Origin: Paecilomyces variotii | Lineage: Eukaryota | Length of the DNA stretch: 64,000 nt | Assembly: GCA_004022145.1 (NCBI GenBank) | Contig: RCNU01000003.1 | Strand: one strand, 5' to 3' | Made by a program: the position numbers and the translations under genes | In this document: piece after piece, positions 51,466 to 64,000 of the stretch | Layout: every line of letters begins with the position of its first letter | How positions within the stretch are numbered: position 1 is the stretch's first letter | Notes under the pieces: model-generated | What the model was told of the DNA's origin: nothing | What the model saw: only the letters and a program-made list of their open reading frames with translations | The model's database searches: none

Positions 51466-54400
51466 ATGGATGACCTCTACGATGAGTATGCCGTTGCCTC
51501 TATGATTCTCTAACCTATGGTCTTTTGGCTGACTGGTGTTTTCCACTGCAGGTTTGGCAACTATATCGGCGAGGCCGAGGAGGACGAATCCCAGCATGGA
51601 GACGTCAGGCCTTCCACTTACACATACGATGAGGAGTCTGAGGAAGGTGAGGAGGAGACGGCTGAGGATCAGCAGATGATGGAAGTGGATGGTTCGTAGT
51701 CTGCCCTGGATTCCACGGTGAAGAGGCTGACCGCGTGAACAGAAGGGCCCTCAAATGCGGTTATTCTCCATGAAGACAAGCAGTATTATCCCACTGCGCA
51801 ACAAGTATACGGCGAGGAGGTAGAGACTCTGGTTCAGGAGGAGGATGCGCAGCCACTCTCTGAGCCCATTATAGCGCCCGTTCAGCAGAAGAAGTTTACA
51901 GTGCAGGAAGCCGACCTGCCACCCGTCTTCTATTCGCGCGAATTCATGACAGATCTTCTCAACTACCCAGAGCAGGTCAGGAACGTGGTATTCGCGGGTC
52001 ATTTGCATCATGGCAAGACGGCTTTCATGGACATGCTAGTGACGCAGACGCATGACTTGAACGAACGGCTAGAGAAGCGAACAGGCAGACGAAGAGACGA
52101 GCAATTGCGCTATACTGATGTACACCTTCTGGAAAGAGAGCGTGGCTTGTCCATCAAGGCTGCCCCAATGACTCTCGTCCTGCAGGGTACAAAAGGGAAG
52201 TCATTCCTATTCAACCTGCTCGACACCCCAGGACATGTGAATTTCGTGGATGAGGTGGCTGCATCCATGCGACTGGCCGACGGCGTTGTACTAGTTGTGG
52301 ATGTCGTCGAAGGAGTTCAAGCAAACACGGAGCAAATCATCAAGCATGCAGTGTTGGAAGATCTTCCGTTGACGCTAGTAGTGAATAAGATGGACAGGTT
52401 GATTCTCGAGCTCAAGCTTCCGCCGAACGATGCGTACTTCAAATTGAAGCACGTGGTGGAAGAAGTCAACACCATCATTGAGAGGACCTTGCCAGGACAG
52501 GGAGAAACGAGACGGTTGAGTCCCGAGAAGGGAAACGTCGCTTTCGCTTGTACCTCTATGGGGTGGTGTTTCACCTTAGAATCGTTTTCTAAGATGTACT
52601 CTGAGACATACCCCAAGGTTGATGCCGCTGAATTTGCCGCTCGTCTATGGGGAGACATTTTCTTCAACCCAAGAAGCCGAAAGTTCTCCCGGAAGGGAAT
52701 GGAGGAAGGCTCCAAACGGAGTTTCGTGAATTTTGTCTTAGAGCCCATCTACAAACTCTACTCCCACACCATCAGCGACAGCCCAGAAGACCTGAAGGAG
52801 ACTCTGGCTACATTGGGCATCCAATTGAAACCATCTCAGCTCAAGTCTGATGCGAAAGTACTTCTCAACCTGGTTTGCGCCCGGTTCTTCGGGTCGGCTA
52901 CAGGATTCGTGGATATGGTTGTCCAGCACGTTCCCTCCCCAGTAGAAGGGGCCCAGAAAAAGCTGGAGAGATACTACACTGGTCCGCTTGACACGAAGCT
53001 GGGCGCAGCTATGGCCGCTTGTGACCAAGACGGACCTTTGGTTGTCCACGTCACGAAACTCTTTAACACCACTGATGCCTCGAGCTTCAATGCGTTTGGA
53101 CGAGTTATGAGCGGAATAGCTCGTCCGGGCCAACAAGTGCGCGTTCTCGGAGAAGGATACACGCTGGACGACCAGGAAGACATGGTCGTTGCGACTATCT
53201 CGAATACCTGGGTTGCCGAGTCCCGTTACAATATTCCAACTAGCGGTGTGCCCGCTGGAAACTGGGTTCTGCTTGGCGGTGTTGACAATTCGATCGTTAA
53301 AACAGCAACCCTGGTACCATTGAAGCTCGAAGATGAGGAAGATGCCTACATCTTCAAGCCGATCCGGCACTTCACCGAGTCTGTCTTCAAGGTCTCGGTG
53401 GAGCCCATCAACCCGTCTGAACTGCCCAAAATGCTTGAGGGTCTACGCAAGATCAACAAGAGCTACCCTCTGATCTCAACGAAGGTGGAAGAATCTGGAG
53501 AGCACGTCATTCTAGGCACTGGAGAGCTGTACATGGATTGCGTCCTCTACGACCTTCGCAGGCTGTATGCCGAAATGGAACTCAAGGTATCTGATCCGGT
53601 GACACGCTTCTGTGAGACAGTTGTCGAGACGTCGGCAATCATGTGCTACGCTATCACACCCAATAAGAAAAACAAGGTCACCATGATCGCAGAGCCATTG
53701 GACGAAGGTATCGCTGAAGACATTGAGAGTGGCAGAGTCAGCATCAAGGATCCTATCCGCAAGGTCGCGCAGTTCTTCGAAGAAAGATACGATTGGGATA
53801 AGCTGGCTGCCAGGAGCATATGGGCCTTTGGTCCAGATGAGATGGGTCCAAATATCCTTCAGGATGATACACTACCGTCCCAGGTCGACAAAAAGCTTCT
53901 GGGAACGGTAAGAGATTCCATTACTCAAGGTTTCAGCTGGGGTACAAGAGAAGGCCCTCTGTGTGAAGAGCGTAAGTCTGCAATTCCATTTGTTCCAATT
54001 AAGCGGCGGAATAATTGTAGTCTTCTGTTGATATTTGGGGCACATGTTCTGACTGGTCTCTAGCTATCCGTAATACAAAATTCAAGCTCACGGACGTCTC
54101 CCTTGCTGAGCAGGCTATTTTCAGGGGAGGTGGACAGATCATCCCTACAGCTCGTCGGGCTGTCTATTCCTCATTCCTCATGGCATCTCCGCGTCTGATG
54201 GAGCCAATTTACCGCTGCGCCATGACTGGACCAGCAGACGCTGTGGCATCAATCTATACTGTCCTGTCACGCAGACGAGGTCATGTCCTTTCAGACGGGC
54301 CTATAGCAGGAACTCCTCTTTACTCCGTGAGCGGCTTGATTCCAGTGATTGATTCCTTCGGATTCGAGACGGACCTGAGAATCCACACGCAGGGCCAAGC

Positions 54401-54626
54401 CACCGTTAGCTTGGTGTTCGACAAATGGAGCGTTGTTCCAGGAGATCCGCTAGACCGCGATGTGAAGCTCAGGCCGCTTGAAATGGCCCCACCAATGGCG
54501 ACTGCCAGAGACTTTGTGCTGAAAACCAGAAGAAGAAAGGGCTTGGCAGAAGATATAACCGTCAGCAAATTCTTGGAACCGGAACTCTGGAAGGGTTTGA
54601 AAGAGAGCGGAGTCCTCGAGGGATAG
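51466..54626 (+). CDS. SNU114: U5 snRNP EF-2-like GTPase Snu114
   Basis: Exons 51466-51485, 51552-51691, 51743-53971, 54064-54626. MDDLYDEFGNYIG, GHLHHGKT, DTPGHVNF, NKMD, DSFGFETDLRIHTQGQA, KTRRRKGL. Confidence 0.97.
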
Positions 54627-54929
54627 ACAGCCCAGAACGGACCGTCTTGGCAATCAGCGTTCATCATGAGCTATGGCCTCCTTTGCATGTAATTATAATG
54701 AATGGGAGTGTCATGTCAAGAAGATTTGGGTGGCATGTAGATCTTCCAGAATCTGTTTCACTGGTTTGATGTTTAAGTGGGTTCGAGCAAACTCTGTCGA
54801 TTGTGCTCCAAGGATGTTATCGGTTTGACATCGGTTCCTCGTCAATAGAGACGGCCTGTTCCAACATGACTCTCATATTTGACGCATCCATGCTCGGTTC
54901 CAATGGGGATTCTGCACACTGCTATCCGT

Positions 54930-55663
54930 TCACTGGCAGGTTTCCAACATTTTCCGGATGACACCCATCAAGGTTCCATTTTCCAAGGCAGCAGCCACTC
55001 TCTCTTTGTCCGCCAGCTGCTTGTTAACCTCCTCTGCGGTGCTGTGCGTTCCTTCCTTGATGCGCACATCGATACGGAATCTAGGAGGAAGAGACTGTTC
55101 CAAGCGAACCCGTACTCCAAGCCCGATAACTGTGGCTAAACTACAGTGCGTGATAGTTGGTGTTATGAGAACAGTAACAGTTCGCAGAGGTGATTCTGGA
55201 TTGTTCGGTAGAGACGGTTTGATAGAGATGTCGGGAAGGGAAACGACGGCAAGAGAACCCAGCGATATAGGATGCTCCGGGTCAGATATGGTAGAAACTA
55301 GATCTAAATGATAATGTCAGCATGGAAGCACTCCTTACATAGTAAAGTCACAAAGAGATAGTAGGCCGCAATATTTTGAGGGACGGTGTGATAGAGGGTA
55401 TTGTAGTATAGTTAGAATCGCATACCGAATATTTCTTGCTCGTCGATGGGTTCTTCCATGAGATCTCCATCGTCGCTCTCTGCATCAGATGACGGCTGAG
55501 AGCCTACAGCGAACGGATCGCTGGAATCCGCCAGGTAAGGAATATAGGAAGCAAAGATGCCACCATTCTCCGATCCTGGTTTACGAACGCTGTCCGGCCG
55601 ATGACGAGTCGGCAGATCTGCAACGTTCAAGATAGTGGGATTTGAATTCTGCATCTCCGCCAT
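54930..55663 (-). CDS. CIA2: Cytosolic Fe-S assembly factor Cia2 / FAM96B (MIP18)
   Basis: Exons 55663-55426 and 55303-54930. MQNSNPTI, EPIDEQEIFDLVSTISDPEHPISLGSLAVV, TPTITHCSLATVIGL, VNKQLADKERVAAALEN. Exon 2 is missing from the ORF track. Confidence 0.95.
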
Positions 55664-56225
55664 GATGAGATAGGGAGCGCAATATTATGCGATATTGTGC
55701 GGGAATCTAAAGAAGAAAATGTTATCTAGAGCTAGTGTATGCAAAGCGTCAGGTCAGATGGATGATAGTATACAAAATGGGGAGGTGCTGGGATTTCTTG
55801 TGTCATTCCGCGAAGTCGGATTATTATATTGGACCCCTCTTGCGGTACTTAAAAGAGGGGACGCCACACCAGATTAGTAACTACCGGTAATCCTTAACTA
55901 GTTGCTGCGGCATATGTAGTAGCAATATAAAGACGATTTGAACCCGTACAGCACAATCTTCATTGTATACTCTGTTTGAAATTTGAGTGAATCAAATTCT
56001 TGCTCAAGCAGCAATAACTCATTTAACATGCAATAATTCCTTGCCCAGTGTAGACCGTGTAATGTCCAAAAATACATATTTATCTGGGTATGATACTGTT
56101 CTTGGCATGTTGCGGAGCTTTACCGCCTAAGGTGTACTTACGAGCTTAATGCCGTGTTAACATAGTTATGATTTATATTACTGTACAACAGGAACCAGAA
56201 TAATACATTCAGTTTAACTGTCGCC

Positions 56226-57195
56226 ATGTCTGCCCGGGCTCTGTGTCAAGGTCGCCCGGCGATACGCAAGGCTCTTCTTCCCTCAGCAGACCTTGTGAGC
56301 GCGCGACTTTCGGTCCTTAATCAACAACGAAATTTCATCCCCAAGGTGCCTTTTGGTCATAATGCCATTGAACGCCAACAGGGACTCGGACGTGCAAATA
56401 CTGTCCCAAGTGGTCTACGTTCATTCCACAGCTCTCCTATCCTGAAGAAGAAGAAAGACAAGGGCAAGAACGGGGGCGAAGCTACTGAAGCTTCATCGAA
56501 AGCGGACGCAGCAAACGTCGATCCTTCCGACCTTTCACAGCTACACGACGGCATACGCGATGCTGTGAGTCGGCTAAAAAATGATGTCTCGAAATTACGT
56601 TCCGGTGGAAGATTCAACCCAGAGGCGCTCGAAAATCTTCGTGTCCATATCGTGAAGGGAGCCAAGGAAACGATCAAACTGGGCCAGTTGGCTCAAGTTG
56701 TTCCCAAAGGTGGTCGAATCGTCACCGTCCTTGTGGGTGAAGAAGACGTAAGTTGTGTCTCTTCCTTTAGCTCTGGGTTCTTCCAATCCATCTTGCAACT
56801 TGTATTCCGATAACAGTTATTCTGACTCGAGTGCTTTCCTACTGTAGCATGTCAAACCGACAATGTCGGCCATCATAGCCTCTGACCTCTCGTTGACGCC
56901 GCAACAAGATTCTCGCAACCCTCTCCAGCTCAATATTACCATACCCCCGCCGACAAAGGAATCTCGTGAGCAGACGGTGCAGGTCGCCAAGGCTGCAGCG
57001 GACAAGGCAGCCAGTGCGATTCGCAACGCAAGAGGCGCAGTCCATAAGCGATTACAGGAGATGCAGAAGAAGAAGCTAGCCAGACCGGATGACATCCGAA
57101 AGGCACATGATGAAATGGAGAAAGTACAAGAAAAGGGTCAAAAGGAGGTCAGGGATATTTTCGAGGCAACGAAGAAGGCCCTTGAACAGGCTTGA
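56226..57195 (+). CDS. RRF1: Mitochondrial ribosome recycling factor
   Basis: Exons 56226-56747 and 56848-57195. Presequence, LRSGGRFNPEALENLRV, LAQVVPKGGR, IPPPTKESREQ, IRNARGAVHK. Confidence 0.88.
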
Positions 57196-57459
57196 AAACA
57201 TCTGGATGGGGCGCTCGTGACCCCTGTACAGGTGCGACCAGGCTTCACTTTCCCTCACTGTACTAACATGAAGTTACCATTGTAAAATAATTCATCCAAT
57301 GTAAAGAATGTGGTATTTAGGCCATACAAAGGATCATCGTTGTTGGTAAGCTCTTAAAACCATGCAGGGCTATGTAGTAGTATAGTAGTAGTACATTAAA
57401 TGTGACAAAGCATTCCGTTCCAAGCCGAGACCAGTGACCAGTTTCGCAGCCACGATAAT

Positions 57460-58644
57460 CTAAACTCGTTTCGTACGTCGGCCAGAAGCAGCAAGGATAG
57501 ACTCGAATTTCGCCATGAACTGAGCGGTCTTACCGACGGTCTGATATGTCCCGTTGTTTTGGAGATTTCTGAGCGCATCAGCAACGGCAGGCTTTTCACC
57601 CGCGCGAGCGTCGAGAGATGGATATTTGCCCGTGACAAGTTCGTTCAACATGGCCTTGCGCTCTTCTGCACCGATTGGGACAAAGGTCGTGTCCTCAGGC
57701 TCAACCATGTCCCCTTTACGTTGCGTCAATTTATCCGCACGATCCTGGGCTAGCTTCTTCACTTCTTCCATAACCGCGTCCTTCTCGGCTTGGCTGGAGA
57801 AAACAACACGTTTGCCCTCGAAGAGTTTCTGTGCCAATTCGAAAGGCGGTTCGTATCCGTTGGGGTAGCGTCCGCTTATCCAAGACACTTTCTCGAGTAT
57901 GCTACCGCTGCGGGCTTCGTTACCGATGGGAAGAGACGGCCAAGTGTCTCTCAAAAGAGACATATCGTATTCTTTCGGAGGATCATAACGGACAGGCTGC
58001 GGGTTCTCTTTTTCGGCCTGCTCACGGTAAACTTCCTCTATCTGGGCTGCTCGTGCGCTGTCGCCCTCTTCTTCCTCCGAGGACTGTCTCCTCTGTCGTC
58101 TAGGCCGATCACGACCAGCGGAACGACCTCTTGGAGCAGCACCGAACCTTAGTGGTCCTGGCCGACGTCCACGGACGTTGTCTCCGGTTCGAGGTTTCTG
58201 AAGCCTGGAAAGCCGGAGGATGTTCGCCGGTTCACCGCCTGCTCGCGGAGCTGCAAGCGATCTTGCATCGACTGCACGGTTTGAGCGCACGTATTCTGCA
58301 TTCGGGGCTTTGGCATTCGAGGTGACCCATGCGATTTTAGCCCTGTTGTCGGGTCGTTGAGGACTGGCGGCACCCTGAGCCTGTCTGTTTGGTGCAGACC
58401 CGGACGGACCTGTATTTTTCCAAGATCAGCAAACATCATTGGGTGCGAAATAATGTTGATATAGAAATGGAGATGTCGTATGCGTGGGATTGCAATCTTC
58501 TTTCATACCGGAAGATTTAATCTTGCCTTCATCTCCCGCAGACCCGGAGACCTGTCGGAGTGACACCAGGACGCCCTCCCTCAGCTTTGCATAGTCACTA
58601 TGTTGCAAGAACTGGCGCAGAGCGGGGCGCCGCGGCCGAATCAT
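57460..58644 (-). CDS. Protein of unknown function, possibly mitochondrial
   Basis: Exon 58644-58509 (MIRPRRPALRQFL...) splices in frame through intron 58410-58508 into the long ORF ending at 57460. Basic N-terminus; no domain recognised. Confidence 0.75.
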
Positions 58645-58965
58645 CTTGCAACGCCACCTATCTGAAGATGGGTTTGAGAATTGTTAAGGGAATTGCGTCG
58701 AAGGTGAGAAGGAGATACAATGCTCAACTCAGTTGCAGTTTCGGGTGCGGTAATTTCAATCACGTGCCGGAAGGCGGAAGGCGGTCTCCAAGCGCGTCAA
58801 AGTAGATTCATTGTAATCTAGGTGACAGATACTGGATAAACAAGTCACAAATATCAAGAAATCTGTCTATCTCATACGCTAAGGATCAAAGAAAATCTGG
58901 TCTCCCAAGCTATATTTGTTGCTCTGGTGCAGCCATTGATTTTGTCATCTCGATCCTTAACCATC

Positions 58966-59199
58966 ATGCTTCGCCGCAAGCCAACCGCATTGACCATCAC
59001 ATCTGAGGACCTGATCGCGTTCGAGGAGTCCCAGCGCCAGAAATCCGAAGAAAACAACAATGGTGGATCTGCTGCCACAGCAAAGAATAATTCGGGTCAT
59101 CCATTCGATCCAAATGATGAACTAAAACCACTGCCTGGTGACAAGGCAAGAATCGTCCGCTCTCGGGAAGAGAGAATTGGAGTCACTCGCCGCGGATAA
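58966..59199 (+). CDS. CDC26: Anaphase-promoting complex subunit Cdc26 (77 aa)
   Basis: ATG at 58966 gives MLRRKPTALTITSEDLIAFEE, matching the Cdc26/APC12 N-terminal signature, followed by a low-complexity tail. Confidence 0.85.
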   Translation: MLRRKPTALTITSEDLIAFEESQRQKSEENNNGGSAATAKNNSGHPFDPNDELKPLPGDKARIVRSREERIGVTRRG

Positions 59200-60116
59200 A
59201 CATGAAACATGATTAGCTGGGCGGTTCGCTATTATGAAGCAAAATGGGGCGTATTGCTCTTCGAAGAATTCGACTCATGTCATCTATTGTGACGCTGAGA
59301 ACATACCCATGAGCGAGACCTCTCTAGCGACCTCTGTGTGTTCTCTCCATTGATATCTGTCAACCGAACCGTTGTTGCTGTGTGCTGTGTGATTCAATTA
59401 AGACATTTGATGGAGCCATAGCACTATCTACTACAGGTATTTGACAGGATAGTGCGTCATCTATTGGGCCTTTTGAAGGTTACGTCTGCTTCTGGCATGG
59501 CAGGCTTATTTGGGTGTGCTATCTAGCACCTTACATGCACTTGAAAGCTACTGTCGCGGAAATAGACATCTTCGTGATATAGTGGATAAATGGCGATATC
59601 CGAAGGTCTCTTTTTATCTCAAGATATATACAGACCTGCCAAGTCTATGCTATTAACAAGCGCGATCCAAGTGACCACATAATGCCCTGGACAGTAATGT
59701 ACAAACTCCTATACCGGCTCTCCTGGCAACCATAGCCTGTCCCTAAAATGACGTAGTTTTGGAAGAAACCATCAATGTCGATTCAAAAAAACGCGGAACA
59801 TGCCATCATATACAAAGAAGAAAGGCTCGAGATTGAAAATCAACATTGGAAAGCTATTCGCTTACTCACCGTATCCAATTCAAACATAGGTATATTTTGC
59901 GAATTCCAAACCCAGAAAAGGGAGAAGAGAAAAGAAAACTGAATATCGCACACTGCCATCAAGGCGAGGTATATCATAAAGCATGTGTAATGGAGACAAC
60001 GTAAGGTCATAACAAGCCCTGAGTCGAAATACCGCACAGAGGATTCCATCATCATAGGGATTGAAGATCTTTCTTTGAATAAATAATGAAAGGCTGGGCT
60101 AGAACTTCGATTTTTA

Positions 60117-63100
60117 TTATCGCGCCCTTTTCGAAGCGTTTTCCGATCCGAGGTCGACGGAATAATTCCATCTCCTTTTCAGTCCCTGCGGATCGAAGAC
60201 ACTAGCTACACTCTGTTGCCAGTCTCTCGCTGTGATCATCACTGGCTGAGGACCATACGCAGGCTGACTCGGTGCCACAGACGCCATCTTCCCGGCCTGC
60301 GCATATTGTATCGGGTAATGGTTGGGCAGAGAAGTTGCCGCGCCCATTGCAGGGTTGTTCATAGGCATTGGCGGTGAGTTTGTGCTAGAGGTTGATGGAG
60401 CGACTGAAAAAGCCATATCCCATTGGCTTCGTCGCATGTTAGCAGCTACGCGTAGAAGGAGAAATCGAGGGGTGCATACTTGATGATCCGAGTAGGATCC
60501 CAGCTGTTTTCATCCACCAAGGGAACCCCGAGGGGTGCGTCTGAAGTTTGACTGTCTGCTATCATACCCAATGATTGAAGATGAGGAGAATCGGGCTTGG
60601 AATCCTCGGTTCCAGAAGAAATGGGCGGGCTGATAGGATGTGCGCCATATCCAAGCCTGCTAGGGGCGGCCGCTGGAACCTGGTGAAAGTGAGGCTGGTA
60701 TTGTGAGTCCATTGGCGGACTTGGGTGGTAGGATTCAGAGGGGCTCCCGTAGGGAAATGTTGGCTTGAGTTCGAAGGGTCGATTTATGTCCGCGGAAAAA
60801 GCGAGCCGCAGAGAATCTATTTGTGCCTGAATCTCTGGCATCAGCCAATGTGCCGCACACTGTTCCAGAATTCGCATGTGTCGAGTAAAGTAGTCGCGAG
60901 CGTCTGCGTGGAAATCAGGGTCTGGAGAGGTGATGGCAACCTGTCAACGTGTCAGTCAAAACTATGCTCGGCCGTGTCTGGTTTGGCAGTCTCACAAGAT
61001 GAATCATAGTACAAGTCAATATGCAATATATGCTGAAATTGATTCCACGTTGCATGTAAAGCAACCCGGAGGGACCGAAACGGGCCAGTATTGCCTCCTG
61101 CAACCGGCACAGACTTTTGGCAGACGAATAGCACAAGGCCATATGCGTCTTCCAACTACCACCTGCAGAGAATGACTTCGACGCAAGAAGCTGAGGGCGA
61201 TGCAGCATTATGATTCCTAGATGACAATGAGAGTGCATATTTCCCACAAAGTGAGATGAGAGCCAGGGAGGTGAACCATCCACAGGATAAGTCACCTGCA
61301 AGTCTGGAGGAAGGTTCCTAAGCCAGTCACTGAACAAAGGGTTGTTCTCCACAAGGCGAGAGTCTGCACCCCAATCTTTTTGTCTCTTAATCTTATGGTA
61401 AATGTCGGCGATCAGCCGAATGTGGTGCGCGTTTCGAACAAAGTACGAGAATTGTCTTGACCGATCGATCTCGAATTGATCCATATTGGGTATATCCAGG
61501 AGTGGCCGCATGTCCACTGTCTCCGGGTCCACACCATAATCAGAGCGTCCTATAGAGGTGAAGTTGTCAGTCGATTCATCAGTTTGTTATACTATATTCG
61601 GTACGTACCTTGTGGTGCTCCGACCATTACTTCCACAACCAGAAGAGTCTGCCAAACGCGTGTTTGGACCAGACACTCTATTGGGTCCAGTTCACAGGTT
61701 CTTTCCTCCTGATGCGTACCGTAATGCTCGTGTAAATCAAGATCCTTGGCCATTGACACGGCCGTTTTGACCGTTTGCCATGATCGGTAGTAATACCCCT
61801 TTTTCGGCGCAGATTCCCGGGCCTTTAACAACAACAAAAGCGCCTGGATGGTGCTTAAACGAGGTACGTCCATGAAGCTAAGTTCGTGCCCTTATACAAT
61901 GGTTTATCAGTAAAGTGATTTAAATCAAGCTGGCATAGAAAATATGGAATCAGCGCCGGAATGCAGTAGTAAAAGACTCACTATTAGCCATTGCAAGCCA
62001 TTGCCGACCTTGGGCAGGATCATCGGACATCCTTGCGGCACATGCAAATATGGCTTCGAGAAGTAGAGGTGATATTGAAGCACGCTCCTGCCGCCATTGG
62101 CGATAGAGATGAGAACGGTGTACTACAGGAACGTAAGGATGTATATCTGAGAAGTAGATATCGAAATATTTTAGAGCCTCTTCGTCTGAAGGCATGAGTT
62201 CAGGAGGAATTCGGATTTTTGAACCGGCCCCGGTACTGAGGGGCGGCAATTTGTCGTCGCTTTCATCGTCGACTGGAGCTTCTGGCTCGCCCATGCCTTT
62301 CCTCTGTCGCCTTATGTAGGGTGCTTCGAAATCATCAGCTTCTTTCCCTCGTTACACAAGGCCTATATTGTGTTTGAGAAACTCACCAATTCCAGTCTCG
62401 TCAATCTTGAGTTCGCCAAGGGCCTCGCTGAGACCTTCTGCAGTTGACTGTTCTGGGTCGAGGAAAACGCCGCTCTCCGCATTTGCAAGTGGCCGAGATG
62501 GAGTCGTCGGGTATACCGCCTGTTGATGATATGGATGCGGCATTGTAAGCTGTGGGTGAACTTCGCTATAAATACTATGCTGGTTTTGAGACGGCACATA
62601 TTGCGAGTAGATTCCTAAGGCGCTATTATAAGGTGCGATACCTCCGACCTGATTCGGGCTATTGCTCCCTAGGTTTTGTTGCATAGGGAGGTTCTGGCGC
62701 GACGCATCTACCGAATGGGATGTGCCCACGTTATGGGATTCTTGTCCAAGCGCCTGTCCAGTCGCAAGGAAGTCACCATCCTGAGCAATAGTCGGCGGCA
62801 CGCAGACCAATTTTAATCGCGTACATGCGGAGCATGGCCAAGTGTTGGTGGTGGCAGCGTCGCATTTGATTTTCCTTTTTCGGCAACCGTTACAAGCTCG
62901 CATCACTAAGATGGGATGGTTAGCAAGTAGCCAGAGAATACTTCAGGTCTGATATGGATTCTCGACTGTACCTTTGAGCCTCTTATGTCGATTATGTTCG
63001 TCCACGAAGACATAATCTGCGATAGGTGTCAGCGCTTCATCGCATAACATACTGCCGCGGAATTTCCCGGAAGAAGAGCGGCAATCCGTAAGGGAAAGGC

Positions 63101-63159
63101 TCACTCTTTTGTCCCTCCCGTGGAGGCCCGCTTGCTGGCGCAAACGAGTAGTTCTGCAT
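60117..63159 (-). CDS. Zn(II)2Cys6 transcription factor with fungal TF middle-homology domain
   Basis: First exons 63159-63105, 63016-62972, 62905-62387 give MQNYSFAP...NYVFVDEHNRHKRLKVMRACNGCRKRKIKCDAATTNTWPCSACTRLKLVC. Later exons have YFSDIHPYVPVVH, STIQALLLL and AVSMAKDLDLH; stop at 60117. Confidence 0.92.
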
Positions 63160-64000
63160 CGTTTAACCAAGGGCCTTCTGATATCTAGCCCGGAAAGAGG
63201 CCCCGACTGTCCCCAGATGCAGTGAGTACCGTGTCCCGGAGAGCCAGGAAATAGAATAATTGTCTTTGTGCTGCTCACGGGACTTGCCTCTTCGAAGAGT
63301 CAGAGGGTTGCTGTGACCTTCAGTGGTCGATCACTACGCTGCCCTTGTACTTGCGCTGTCCACTCTCTGGAAAACGTATACGATAATGGATGCTGTCCAA
63401 TTGATATGATACCAGTTGTCGTAATTTCCCATACGGAACCGTACCTCTGCGTGCTGCACATACGGGTAGCCGGGACGAAGAGGGACACGATACCCTGGTT
63501 TCGATCTCGTGGTGTTTTTTTCTCTGTTCTCCCTATTGATGCGAACAGTTTCGCAGCCGGTGCAAGTCGAGATGTGGCCCTCGCGGGAGAGACGTCGCGA
63601 AGTCAAAATGGCGCAAGCTGTGCCCAAGTTGACAGTTCAGGAACGGCACTGATATGCGGGGGGAATTCTGCGGGCTGCGCTCACGAGCGAGAATCAGTAT
63701 GGTGCAAATCGATGGCAGTGTGACGGCGCCATACTGAAAGGAATCAACTTCGAGGCCGACAAAGTATATCCAACTAGGTCGCAGGTACAGTTGCTCCTCC
63801 TCTCGCAGCTGCGCTGACGGCAGGTCAGCTGCCCGCGTAGCCCGATGATGGTCGTCAATATAAATGTGACAAGAAAGGCTTCGAGCCTCGACTTTCCGGA
63901 ATTAGGACCGATTCGGGAACATTGATGGGATATGAGAGACCGCCTAGTAGTGGTTGTGTGCTTGATCCGAAGCGAGAACCCGTTAATGTGATGGCGACGA

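Overview
Gene-dense, intron-containing euchromatic DNA from a filamentous ascomycete (Eurotiales-like protein sequences; short GT-AG introns with CTRAC/CTAAY branch points). About 25 protein-coding genes can be built by hand, mostly conserved housekeeping genes in head-to-head and tail-to-tail pairs: a SET/MYND methyltransferase (truncated by the window edge), CPA2, a G-patch protein, a secreted carboxylesterase, NOP14, ORC3, a PPR protein, SEC66, YTA7, CFT1, an LMBRD1-like protein, an ATG14/UVRAG-like protein, a ZIP transporter, ERG10, SNU114, CIA2, RRF1, CDC26, a Zn2Cys6 regulator and several conserved unknowns. I see no intact transposon, rRNA, tRNA, CRISPR array or secondary-metabolite cluster. 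The most interesting signal is a ~230-nt structured element with box H/ACA architecture (hairpin-ANANNA-hairpin-ACA, with G-U pairs only on the transcribed strand) inside an unusually long intron of the SET/MYND gene. Also notable: two small multi-exon genes the ORF track misses, a possible decayed endonuclease/phosphatase gene in the largest intergenic gap, CpcA/Gcn4 and GATA promoter sites, uORFs ahead of the Zn2Cys6 factor, and some splice oddities. All family assignments come from recognising motifs by eye; no database search or folding program was run.
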